This document shows, piece by piece, positions 27,940 through 39,890 of a stretch of DNA of 64,000 nucleotides. Position numbers and translations under genes: made by a program. Position 1 is the first letter of the stretch; every line of letters begins with the position of its first letter. The notes under the pieces are model-generated. The model was given only the letters and a program-made list of their open reading frames with translations, ran no database searches and was not told the DNA's origin. Origin of the DNA: the human T2T-CHM13v2.0 reference genome, Homo sapiens; the NCBI RefSeq assembly GCF_009914755.1, contig NC_060927.1. One strand, given 5' to 3'.

Positions 27940-29520
27940 TCCCCCACCATCACCTCCAACTAACACATCACAAACCAAACTCTTCTATTGTCCTACCAAA
28001 CCTACTCCTACCCTGCTTCCTGTTTTTCTGTGCTCTTGCCATGGTTCTATGTCCTTTTGGCTCTTGGCCTCCTTCCTATGGCTCCCCACTTTCAATCAGC
28101 CATCTGGTCCTGTTGATTTTTCCCTTATAATTCCACTTGTAATTACCCCCTTCCTTCCAGTCACTGCTATCCCTCTAATTCTGGCCTGTAATGACTCCAC
28201 ACCTTGCTATTATAATCATCCTCCTTGCAGTTCTCATTACTTTCAGTTTCCCTCTTCTAATTTATCCTCCTTCCATTCCTCTGGGCACCATACCTCTTAA
28301 GAAGCCACACTAATAGAGTATTTTCACCATGCTGTGTCCTCTTCTTGTTGATTTTAGGGAAAGCTATAGGATCAAGACTCCCTAGTCACATTCTAAGTCC
28401 CCTAAAACACTTGTCTTGGCCTCTGGCTGTAGAGTTCAGGCCTCAGTGGCGCATCCTTGTCCCTTTCCTTTGATTCTGGACTTTGCAAGTCACAGACTCA
28501 AATGAGTTTTTTTGATTCTGTTTCTCATTGATTAATTAAGCTTCACTTTTAACTTCAGAATCGTTCTCCTTTAACTTCCAGTCTCCTCTGGAGTGTCAGA
28601 ACACGTGGGTCTCAAAAACTCTTCTTCTGCAGTCTTATGCCAGTCAATTACTAGATCGTGTCAGTCATAAAATTTAAAAACCACGTATCTATCCCTACCC
28701 TCATTTTGCTTTTGCAAGACATCAGCACTCCCTGGATTACCTTAATGGCCTCCTAGTTCCTTCCTTGTTCTTGCTCTGTATTCCATTTTCTCATTATACC
28801 CAGAGTGATGTTCAAACGAAAATGTGATCAAGCCACATCCCTGGTTAAACCTTACTGTGGCTTTCCATTACTCTTCACAATGGCTCTCAACTCTGGATCA
28901 ATATTAGAATGACCTGGGATATTAAAAAATATGATACCCCATCTCCACTCCACTCTAACTCCCAAATCTCCAGGAAGAAGATCTGCCCACAGGATTCCTT
29001 TTTAAGCTCTTATTCAGATTTTTCCAGTTGTATTTGTCCTAACGTGTATGTGTGCATGTGTGTTTCATGATCTAGAATGTTTTCATCTGAGTAGGTTTGT
29101 GTACCCACCACCACAGCTAAGATTCTTATCAGCTCCAACACCTCAATAATCCTGTTGCCTTCTTAGATGAGTCATTGTCAGGAGTTAGCAGCTGGAGGTG
29201 TGGGCACTTGCACTGCAGGAAGTCAGTCCTTTGCATTTCTAACAAATATTCCAGGAGATTCTGCCACTCACCAAAGGTAGAGAGCAACTCACCTAGCATT
29301 TCTCATTTACCTTCCAATACTGTTTGCTAAGGTTTAAGTCACTTTCAGACTCTGATTTATTTTCCTATTGCAATCCCACAGCAGCCTCACTTTTTAAAAA
29401 CACTCTGTATACCTATAATGCTTTGCCTAGCCTCTGTCTTTCCTGAATAAGCGATTGCAAGCAGTATCCCCAATGCTTAGCACCGTGTCTGATATACAGG
29501 CACTCAGTAAGTTTTTTTCC
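27940..29520. mobile_element. Mosaic of L2 (+) fragments with MER5 and old L1 pieces
   Basis: L2-like pyrimidine-rich tracts, CCAGAGTGAT...TGATCA, and 3' end GCTTAGCACCGTGTCTGATATACAGGCACTCAGTAA. Confidence 0.5.
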
Positions 29521-30487
29521 CTGTAAGTGCTAACTAGTGGCTGCTACCATGAACACATAAACACACAAACACACACACACACAGTTTCAAAAACTTCATA
29601 TTAGTCTAGTTTTACCAATGACGTAGTTAAGTTACCTGTTCCAAACTCAAATACCCTTCAAAGAGAAGCAAGAGGTAAATCCTGGATGTCTGAATCCAAA
29701 GCACCCAATGTCAACTACTATGCAATACTGCACTCTGGCTGTAAGCAGCCAATGGCAATGTGCTCTTGTCAAGCCTCTCAATTCACATGCTAGCCTGATT
29801 TTGAGATTTTGTCAGCACTCTTATTCTGTACCCTGAAACATTTTCTGTCTTGAAGAGTTTACATAACTGCTCATAGTTCTTATAGCATATTCCATATGCT
29901 TCCCCCCCCACACACACGTGCATTTTACACACACCATATATTTATATGAATGCATATGTGTATTTGTGTAAGCGTGATCTTGTGTATGTGTGTGTGTTTA
30001 ACCTGAGAAATGAATATACTGAAACTATGGAGTCTGGCATACACATTTCCATATCACTTATCTTTTAAAATATTTTATGACTCAGCTTGTAAACACTTTC
30101 CATGGCTCACCTCCTTTATAGCATAAATAATCTTCCCTGCTCTAACCATAGTCATGCACCTTCCCTTCCCTTTGTAGTTCAAGTTGCTGAAATGGTAGGG
30201 TGCTTCCTGCAGATCTTGCACTGGGCTGATTTAATAGGTTTTTTGAGATGCAAATAGCAGAGGTGGGATCTGAACAAAACAAAGTGCCACAAAGTACAGC
30301 TTTCTCTGCCTTCGATTTCAAACTGGATTTAAAGGGGAGGATCTGTCTCTCCTGAAACTCTGTATTTCCACAAACTCGTACCTCAGTTGAAGTTTGATGC
30401 TGTGATGACTATTATGTTCTTTCATTGGTTTCCTCTACTACTATGGAGGCAAGAAGAACATGATAAAATGATACATGATAAAAAATC

Positions 30488-30681
30488 CAGTGGTTCTCAA
30501 ACTTCAGTGGGCATCAGCATTACCTAGACGGCTGATGGAAATGCAAGCTCTGGGCCTCACTTCCGGAGTGGGAGTGTCTGTTTCAGCGGGTCTGGGCTGG
30601 GATCTGAGTATTTCCCTTTCTAACAACCTCCCCGGTGACCCTGATGCTGTTGGTCCATGTTCCACGCTTTGAGAACCACTG
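30488..30681. mobile_element. MER5A
   Basis: Perfect 14-bp TIRs CAGTGGTTCTCAAA / TTTGAGAACCACTG. Confidence 0.9.
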
Positions 30682-31364
30682 TTCTAATCAGGGAGCCGAC
30701 TGGTTCTCCACAACTTAACTTCAAATACATTGCTTGCCAAGTATCGGTCCCATATTGAGCTTCCATAATTCTATGTGTTGTTAAAAATAAGGTTTGAGAC
30801 AATCTTAAGTTAGGAAATTTCTCACTGTGACTCAAATTTTCAGCTTCTGTTTTGGAAAAAAATAAATAAATCTGGCAAGATTAGTCCTTCCTTCCTCATG
30901 GCACCAATGGGATGAGGTGATCAACATACCTTTTAGAGCTGTGCTTCTGCATTTTAGCTTCCCATTTGAAGTTTCTGAGCAGCTTTTAAAAATTGCGATG
31001 CCTAGGGTACATCTCAGCCCAATTCTAATAGACCCTGGAGGTGGTACCTCTCCTATAAATGGCAGGCAGAGAACTCTATCTCCTAGAGTCACTGTGAGGA
31101 ATAAATGATATAATAGGAGCAATAGACAGCACTTCCATTATTTATTGATCACTTACTTTGTGTCAGGTACTGGGTTAAGTGACTTAAAAACATTATATTT
31201 AATGCTCACTAGAAAACAGCATTGACTAGGCATTAATGACCACAGGAAGAATTAATGCAGTTAATCTAGTGCATAGAAAACAGGAAATGTATTTGGGGTA
31301 CTTAGTAAAAGGAAATAAATTTAATTAATCTAAAGCCTGACTCTACCACTGACCATTGTGCCAT

Positions 31365-31950
31365 TGTGTCTGGAGTCTGTTGCTTCTGGTGGGTTTGTGG
31401 TCTCGCTGACTTCAAGAATGGAGCCACAGACCTTCATGGTGAGTATTGCAGCTCTTAAAGATGGCATGGATCCAAAGAGTGAGCAGCAGCAAGATTTATT
31501 GCAAGAGCAAAGAACAAACCTTCCACAACCTAAAACAGGACCCAAGCGGGTTGCTGCTGCTGGCTGGGGTTGCCAGCTTTTATTCTCTTATTTGTCCCCA
31601 CCCACGTCCTGCTGATTGGTCCATTTTGCAGAGTGCTGATTGGTCCATTTTACAGAGCGCTGATTGGTCCATTTTACAGAGTGCTGATTGGTCCATGTTA
31701 CAAACCTCTGGCTAGCCACAGAGAACTGGTTGGTGCATTTTTTCAGAGTGCTGATTGGTGCATTTTACAAACCTCCAGCTAGCCAGAGCGCTGATTGGTG
31801 CATTTTACAATCCTAGCTACAGAGTGCTGATTGATGCATTTTGGTCCATTTTACAGAGTGCTGATTGGTCCATTTTACAATCCTCTTGTAAGACAAAAAA
31901 GTCCTCCAAGTCTCTACCTGACCCAGAAGTCTAGCTGGCTTCACCTCTCA
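31365..31950 (-). mobile_element. LTR12 (ERV9) short-type solo LTR nested in a MIR
   Basis: Reverse strand starts TGAGAGGTGAAGCCAGCT and ends CCAGACACA; 586 bp. 4-bp TSD CCAT (31361-31364 / 31951-31954). Confidence 0.93.
31577..31870 (-). promoter_or_regulatory. LTR12 U3 tandem CCAAT (NF-Y) array and TATA-like AATAAAAG
   Basis: Seven intact GCTGATTGGT units plus two mutated ones, ~23-bp period in part. CTTTTATT at 31577-31584. Confidence 0.7.
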
Positions 31951-32386
31951 CCATCATGGGCAAAATCCCAATCTCTCTGCACTCAGTTTTCACAAGTCGT
32001 AAAACGGGGATAGTAACATTATCTACCTTCTTGGGTTAGAGGACTAAAAAGTATATGTGGGTTCCCAGTTTCAACTTTGATATGAAAAGAACTTGGAAGT
32101 CAACATTTCCATCTTTCTAACAGGAGAAAGCTAGATATATGGAAAATTAGTGTCCTATTTTGGACCTGTTGGAAAACGGAGGTCACAGAGCAAACTACCA
32201 TCCTGAAATCCAGCGAGTCAGGTTCACATAGTGGATCACAGCTAAGATCTGCCTGTCTGGAGCAGGAGTCCACGGAGACACAAACTGGTAGAAACACTCA
32301 AATGGTCATGTTGATTAATGGCTAGAGGTCGACTGTGGACTAGCATATATCACAATGATCCTGGCATTACAAAAAAAAATCTGGGG

Positions 32387-32683
32387 GGCTGGGTGCAGTG
32401 ACTCACGCCTGTAATCCCAGCACCTTGGGAGACTGAGGCAGGTAGATCACCTGAGGTCAAGAGTTCGAGATTAGGCTGGCCAACATGGTGAAACTTCATC
32501 TCTACTAAAAATACAAAAAAGAATTAGCTGGGCGTGGTGGCGCATGCCTGCAGTCTCAGCTACTCGGGGAGACTGAAGCAGGAGAATTGCTTGAACCCAG
32601 AAGGCAGAGGTTGCAGTGAGCCAAGATCGTGCCACTGCACTCCAGCCTGGGCGACACAGTGAGACTCCATTTCAAAAAAAAAA
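32387..32683 (+). mobile_element. Alu, AluS (Sx/Sz-like)
   Basis: Full dimer with poly(A). Confidence 0.95.
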
Positions 32684-33671
32684 GTAAGTTGGGAAGTGTT
32701 CTTCATTTTTTTTTGAAGAGTTTGTGTAGGATTGGTATTATTTCTTCCTTGACAGAATTCACCAGTGAAACTATCTGAACCTAGACATTTTTGTGTGAAA
32801 ATTTCTTTTGTGTTTTTAATTGCTTGAGGGCTGCAGTCTGGGTTGGCAGAAAGCACCTTTCTGGACTTTATTTCCAGGGACCCTATGAGATTCTCAAGCT
32901 AAAGATCCAAGAAAGCTCTTCTCTGAGCTCCAACAGAAGCAGGAGAAGAGTAACCATTATGAAATCCATAGGAAAGGCCTTCCCTACAGCAGAAAAGTTT
33001 TTGGAGGCTTTATCTCAGCTTGGAGAAGGCATTTCTTTCATGTTAAGTATCATCTAGCCATCCTGTTTCATCAAAAGGAGTAAATAACGTAGTCAACATG
33101 GGTCAGGGCTGCAAGGAAATTCATTTAGAATACTGCAGCCAGGGAAGGGGTACAGGATGGGGGCAGAAGTGCTAGAGAGACTTCTGTTACTGTCACACCC
33201 CTGAGTGTCAGGCTTACTAAAAGACTGAGATTTAATCAGAAGGCTAAAAAACCTTCTACTTCCCCACACCTTACCACTGCCTCAACAGGTCTCCCATATT
33301 ACAGGTAAATAGAGTACCGTGCCGACTCTGTCTGAGGTGGTAAATGTAAGGAGTCTCAAAGTCAATAGGGAAGACAGAAACAAAGGCATCTCAAGAGGAA
33401 TGTCAAGCCTCTCGCATTTATAGTTAACAAAAAAGATTAAATACAGCCTAACTCCTAGCCAGATTAACATGAAATCTCACTCTAAAGCCTGTTTACCTTA
33501 ATTCCTAGTACTCGATACAATGTATCTGACTTTCAGGAAAAAAATTACAAGGCATGCCAACAAACAAACAACAACAATAACAAAAGTCTTAAGAGACAAA
33601 GCAAGCCTCAGAATCAAATGTCTGTGTGACACAGGAAATTTAAAATAACTGTGATTCATATGGTAAGGGCC

Positions 33672-34067
33672 TATTAAGGTTTAAATGTTTTGTCCCCTCC
33701 AAAATTAATGTTAAAACTTAATCTTCAGTGTAATAGTATTAAGGGGTAGGGCCTTTAGGAAGTAATTAGGTCATGAGAGCTTCTCCCTCCTACATGTCAT
33801 TAAGGCCCTTATAAAAGAGGCTTCACACAGCATTCGGCCTTTTTTTGCCCTTCCATCTCTTCTGCTACATGAGGACACAGCATTTATCCCTTCCAAGGGA
33901 CACAGCATTCAACAACACATCTTGAAGCAGAGAGAGCAGCCCACAGCAGACATTGAACCTCCTGGTACCTTGATCTTGGACTTTTCAGGCCCAGAACTGT
34001 GGGAAATAAATATTGTTTACAAATTACCCAGTCTTCATTTTTATAGCATCATGGATAGACTAACACA
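33672..34067 (+). mobile_element. MSTD-like MaLR solo LTR
   Basis: 396 bp, TGTCCCCTCCAAAATT...GACTAACACA. Perfect TSD GGGCC (33667-33671 / 34068-34072). Confidence 0.85.
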
Positions 34068-34156
34068 GGGCCCCAATGAAAAAAGTAAATAACATGTAAG
34101 AACAGATGGGGAATGAAAACAGAGATGGAAAAAACTAAGGAAAAACTCCAAAGGAA

Positions 34157-34422
34157 GCTGGGCATGGTTGCTCACACCTCTAATCCCAGCTCCTTGGGAG
34201 GCTGAGTCGGGCAGATTAGGAGTCAGGAGTTCAAGACCAGCCTGGCCCATATGATGAAATGTCTCTACTAAAAAGTCTCTATTAAAATTAGAAAAATTAG
34301 CTGAATGTGCTCACTTGAACCCAGGAGGTGGATGTTGCAGTGAACCGAGATAGTGCCACTGTACTCCAGCCTAGGTGACAGACAGAGACTCTGTCTCAAA
34401 AAAAAAAAAAAAAAAAAAAAAA
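34157..34422 (+). mobile_element. Alu with internal duplication and right-arm deletion
   Basis: GTCTCTA(C/T)TAAAA is duplicated; the right arm jumps from CTGAATGTG to TCACTTGAACCCAGG. Confidence 0.9.
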
Positions 34423-34681
34423 GGAAAGAAACAAATCTAAAGGAAATGCTAGAAATCAAAACCATGGTAACAAATGATTTAATATATTGGGATATTGATA
34501 ATGTTTCAAGCAATACCTGACACACAATCATAATAAGAGCAGAATGTTAGCTACTTAAGGAAAACCTAAGGCGCCCTTATATGGAATAACAAGGGAAGGA
34601 GAGCCAGCTGAAGGCTCCATTGATCACAAAAGAGGAGTCATGAATACACTGAGGCTTTCATTAGAAAACAGTTATCTTCAG

Positions 34682-35054
34682 TGTTATGGACTGAATTGTC
34701 TTCCTCCGAAACTTATATGTTGAGTCCCTAACCCGCAATGTGACTAGATTTGGAGATTTAAGTTTTAATGGGTAATTAAGGTTACATGAGGTCGTAAGGA
34801 TGAAACCTTAATCCAGTAGAAGTTGTGTCCTCATAAGAAGAGGAAGAGACACCAGGGAACTCACACAGGGAAAAGGTCTAGGTGAGGACGCAGGGAGACG
34901 GTGGTTGTCTGCCAGCCAGAGAGAGAGGTTTCAGGAGAAACCATCCCTGCCAACACCTTGATCTAGGACTCCCTGCCTCCAAAACTGTTAGACAATAAAT
35001 TCCTACCGCCTAGTCTGTGGTATTTTGTTATGGTAGCCCAAGCTGACTAATACA
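34682..35054 (+). mobile_element. MLT1A/B-like MaLR solo LTR
   Basis: Start TGTTATGGACTGAATTG, end GCTGACTAATACA. Confidence 0.85.
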
Positions 35055-35385
35055 GTCAAAAAAGATTATAAATGCCATCTCCAGTTTCCTGGACGCTTTC
35101 TTTGGGATAATCATTTACCAGTGAGAAATAACACAAATGAAACCAAGAAATATCAGTGACTGATCCGTAATTCTTCTAGCCAGCTCTACATAGCAGGAAT
35201 ATTTGAGAGGAGGAGACTAGGTAATGTGCTGAGAAAAAAATATGAAGTTATAAGCAGCTGAAAAATACTTAAATTGAGCTTGAAATAGAAAACATAATGA
35301 AGATTGGGGACCCAATGAATATTTAAAGCTACAAGAAACTTTTCCAGAGATAAGAACATTTGAATCCATGCATTAAAAGGGCCCA

Positions 35386-35710
<325 letters not shown>

Positions 35711-35749
35711 CTATTAAATGTAACCAAAACTTACCATAGTCAGAAATAG

Positions 35750-36985
35750 CCTGTTAGGATTTTGATAGATACTGTATTGAATCTAGTGACAAATTTGAGA
35801 AATGCCATCTTAATGATATCGAGTATTTCAATCCATAAATGTGATATGTCTCTCTATTTAAATCTTAACTTTCTTCTGCAATGTTTTATAATTTTCACTG
35901 TATAGGTCTTGCATGTATTTTGTTAAATTTGTTCTTGTTTATTTTATCCTTGTTTATATTATTGTGAATTGAACTGTTTTCTTAGTTTTATTTTCAGACT
36001 TTTTTTAGTATGTAGAAATATAACTGATTTTTGTTTATTTATTTTGAATCCTGCTATCTTACTAAACGTAACTATTAACTACAGGAATTTTATAGATTTC
36101 TTAGTATTTTTTACATGCAAGATTAGGTCATCTACAAATACTGATAGTTTCTAAATTTGCCATCTGCATGGCTTTAATTTATTTTCTTGCTTTTTTGCAC
36201 TGACTAGAGCCTCCTGTACATTGTTGAGTAGAAGTCATGAGAGAGGACAGCTTTGTTTGGTTTCTAATCAAAGGCGAAGGATTCATTTTTCATAATTAAA
36301 AATGATATTAGCTGCAGTCTTTTCATAGATACCCTTTATCAGGTTGAGGAAGTTTCCTTCTAAGATTGTTTAGAATTTTTTTCTCTTATCATGAATAAGA
36401 TTTTTTCAAGTGTTTTGTTACATGTATTGACATGGCATTTTGTCCTTTAGTCTATCTATAAGGTATATTACATTAATTGATTTTCAAATGTTACACCAAC
36501 ATTGAACTCCTGAGATAAACTCATTTGGTCATGGTAAACGTTTTTTATATATATTTCTGGACTTGATTTTCTAATTTTGTTAAGAACTTTTGTGTCCAGT
36601 TTTAATTTCACGGCAATACAGGCATCATAAAATTAATTGAGGAGTGTTTCCTTTTTCTTTTTCTGAAAATGTTTGCATATAATTAGTATTATTTTCTCTT
36701 AAATGTTTGACAGAATTCACCAGGGAAGCAATCTGAGCCTAGACTTCTATTTGCAAAAAGTTTTTTTTTTTTTTAATTTCTTTACTTGATATGAGTACGA
36801 ATAGATTTGTTTTCTCTTGAGATGGTTTCGGTGATTTGTATATTTCAAGAAATTTGTCTATTTTGTCTAAATGGTCTAATATGTTAGCATCAAATTTTTC
36901 ATAAAACTTCCTCTTCATCCTATAATTACTGTAGAATTGGAAGTAATGTCTCTGATTTCATTCCTAATTTTAGTGTGCCATCTCT
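35750..36985 (-). mobile_element. Old L1M ORF2 fragment
   Basis: Antisense L1 motifs CCCTTTATCAGGTTGAGGAAGTTTCCTTC and AGAATTCACCAGGGAAGCAATCTGAGCCT. Confidence 0.85.
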
Positions 36986-37305
36986 TTTCATAAAAACAAA
37001 AATAACTGTCTAGAAATCGTAATAATTTGGGTGAAAACAGAGAGGTTTGTGAAGTTTCTGATAGTTAAGTATAGAAGGAAGGCATCTTGGGGGAGGAACA
37101 GACCTGCAGAACCTATGTAGCTATCAGGGTCTTTGCCTGCCCTCTTAGCCATGCCTCTATATCTCCATTATTGATACCCAGTTTGTGGCCTTTTACACTG
37201 CTCATTTGTTGAACAACTTATATTATTCACAGAAGGGCAAAAAACACAATACGTGGGTTCCTGAGACCAAGTCACAGCTAGGGAAATATCCCCTAGAGAA
37301 CATCA

Positions 37306-37843
37306 TTGATTTTTTTTTCTGTATTCTGATGCCTTGACATCTGGGGCCTTACTGACCTTTGAGGACTAGCCTCTCCCAGGGTTAGACAATTCCTAGAAAT
37401 AGCAAACAGCTCACTTGGAAGTTTGCCTGTCATGTGCAAACCAACCAATCCACAACCCACATCCCCACCACCTCCTTGATTAGGCTTTCACACTCTAGGC
37501 CACTATTCCCTGACTCTAATCACCCCAGGGCCAGGTACCAGAAAACTAGAGACAACCCCTACACTCCACAGCCCAGTGGAATTATCCAGACTAGCCAATC
37601 CTAATCCTGCATACCTAGTCTTGCCCATTCCTTCCCATGGAAATTACAATAAAAGCTCTCGCCCCCATTTTCCCTTCAGTCTCCCCTGTCTCCTGAAAGA
37701 CCTTGGTACTTTCCCATGTGGCTCGTTTGGTGTGGTGTGCTCTTCCTCTTGGGATCTGTGGGTAAGGAGCTATCTTTTCAATAGCAGTTATCTCATGATC
37801 TCCTGGTCTTGCCATACTAAAATAAAAATCAACATTTTAAAAC
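37306..37843 (+). mobile_element. ERVL solo LTR, MER74-like
   Basis: CTGATGCCTTGACATCTGGGGCCTT...TGCAAACCAACCAATCC...AATAAA...TTTTAAAACA. Confidence 0.65.
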
Positions 37844-38032
37844 AATCAATGACCAATCTCTCCCATACTGTGTGGATAAGTTGGGACTATGAGTTCAGGA
37901 AGCACAGAAGAACATTCCTATTCTTGTTCAGGACACTTTTTTCCTCCATCACTAACACCTCACCAAGGCTGCTTCCTGGGGCTTTCACAGAAAATGGTCC
38001 CTACAACAGCAAGTGAAAAATGGCCTTTAAAA

Positions 38033-38155
38033 AGGTGATAGAAAGTCATGTACCTTTAGTTCCAGCTACTCAGGAGGCCAAGGTAGGAGGATCACCTGAG
38101 CCTAGGAGTTCAAGACCATCCTGGGCAACATAGCAGGACACTGTATCTTAAAAAA
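38033..38155 (+). mobile_element. FLAM (free left Alu monomer)
   Basis: CCAGCTACTCAGGAGGCCAAGGTAGGAGGATCACCTGAGCCTAGGAGTTCAAGACC, single arm. Confidence 0.8.
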
Positions 38156-38370
38156 GGTGTTTGTGACCAAATTATTTCCATTAAGTCCCAGGGAGTTAGG
38201 ATATTAATTACAGAAGAGCTGCACTATTGCCATGCTTGCTTGATTCAGTCTCCTCCTTCTCTCTCATTGGGAGCAAAGAGATCGGGCAGGGAGGAGGAGG
38301 CAGAAGTGTGTTTGCCCGTGTTGTGGTGCTGATCAGGGAGGCAACATCAGAAAGCATACTGAGTACAGGA

Positions 38371-38371
<1 letters not shown>

Positions 38372-38419
<48 letters not shown>

Positions 38420-38420
38420 T
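38372..38420 (+). repeat. (TG)n microsatellite
   Basis: Read directly. Confidence 0.95.
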
Positions 38421-39149
38421 TGGGATGTAGAGGCAAAAAATGGGACTTTGCAATTTAGATAGTTCAAGTGATTCCTTCTCCTCCAGTCAGCAAGCGTAAG
38501 TATCTCTACAGGAGGACAAGATGGGTGTTTGTCTGCTGTATGTGCTATCAGTTACATTTCCTGCATGCCTCTCCTAATAGGTGTATTAGGAATATATGTG
38601 AAATGTGTTTAAAAATTACAGGACATATTTATCATACATAAGGTCTATCACCTTTATGCGTTAATTAACTGCATTGACTAAATGCAATGCTGCAGGAAAA
38701 AAGTGCCAAGTGGCTAATTTAGATACAAAATATTACAGGCATTTTTTAAAATTGAGAATAATTTTCACTATATTGGATGTTCACATTTCAACTGGCTATA
38801 AACCTGAATTTCAAGCAACACCAGACTTTGCTATACTTGGCACTCACCATGGGTAAGAGACTAGGCTAGGCACTATGGAATACAAAGGAGCATGCAGCCT
38901 GTGTGCTTTCTAAGCTTAGTTACTCACCTGGACAGAGACATAAACAAGTAAAATAAAAATAGTCAAAATCTAGAGTTAATGTCAAGTGAGAGGAATATAC
39001 AACAAATGTTATCTCTATTGAATCTTGCAAAACAGACAGTTTCCACAAGAGAGAAGAATGAAGGAAATTCTAGGCTGGGGAAATGTGAGGGAATAAAGAA
39101 GGAACAGCCTGAGAAGTCTCTCCCTCAGCCCACTCTATATGGGCATGTA

Positions 39150-39890
39150 AGCTAGCAAAGTGACAGGAAAATTTAGCGACATCCATGAACACTGAGATGT
39201 GCAGACACCGTGACCCTGCAATACCACTTCAATGCATACTGTAGAAGTATTTGCACATCTGCATAAAAATCATCACATTCATTTTTTCTGCAGCTTTGCA
39301 AAAATGTGGAAACAGCCCAAATACCTGTCAGTAGGCAAATGGATAAACAGAACTTACAATGGTCAGTAATAATTATAGACAAGGAGTGTCCAATCTTTTG
39401 GCTTCTCTGGGCCACACTGGAAGAAGAATTGTCTTGGACCACACAGAAAATACACTAACACTAACAATAGCTGATGAGCTAAATAAAGAAAAACGTCACA
39501 TAAAATCTCAATGTTTTAAGAAAGTTTACAAATTTGTGTTGGGCTGCATTCAAAGCCATCCTGGGCTGCACGCAGCCCATGGGTTATGGGTTGCGCAAGC
39601 TGGTTCTAGACATTTAAACAGATTTGGAGTAAAAAAAGCAAATTATGGAAAGATACACACATTATGACACGATCTATGTGAGCCAAAATAAACACAGAAT
39701 AATGTCATCAATTATGTACTCTAAACATGAACTGGAAAAATATACAACAATACTAATACAGGGGCTGTTTCAGGGGAACGTGAGAGGGAATCAGGATTGG
39801 AAACAGTAATTAAACAAAACTTTAGTTTATCTTTCATAGTCTTCTCTTTTGGATTATCTATCTTCTATATCATTTTTGTAATTAAAAAAA
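39150..39890 (+). mobile_element. L1ME-like 3' region interrupted by MER30
   Basis: GGAAACAGCCCAAATACCTGTCAGTAGGCAAATGGATAAAC. Confidence 0.65.
39380..39602 (+). mobile_element. MER30 hAT MITE
   Basis: GTGTCCAATCTTTTGGCTTCTCTGGGCCAC. Degenerate 8-bp TSD ATTATAGA / GTTCTAGA. Confidence 0.9.

Larger units (their letters stand above)
32060..34480 (+). mobile_element. Old L1M (L1MD-like) 5' UTR and start of ORF1, fragmented by later insertions
   Basis: GAACTTGGAAGTC...GAGGTCACAGAGCAAACTACCA; AAAATTACAAGGCATGCCAA; GAAATGCTAGAAATCAAAA. Confidence 0.65.

Noticed and set aside
31600-31880. Periodic GCTGATTGGT repeats as a CRISPR-like array
   Set aside because: No unique spacers and no cas genes; this is the standard LTR12 U3 tandem repeat.
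37576-38016. 146-aa ORF
   Set aside because: GTG start inside an LTR and no recognisable homology.
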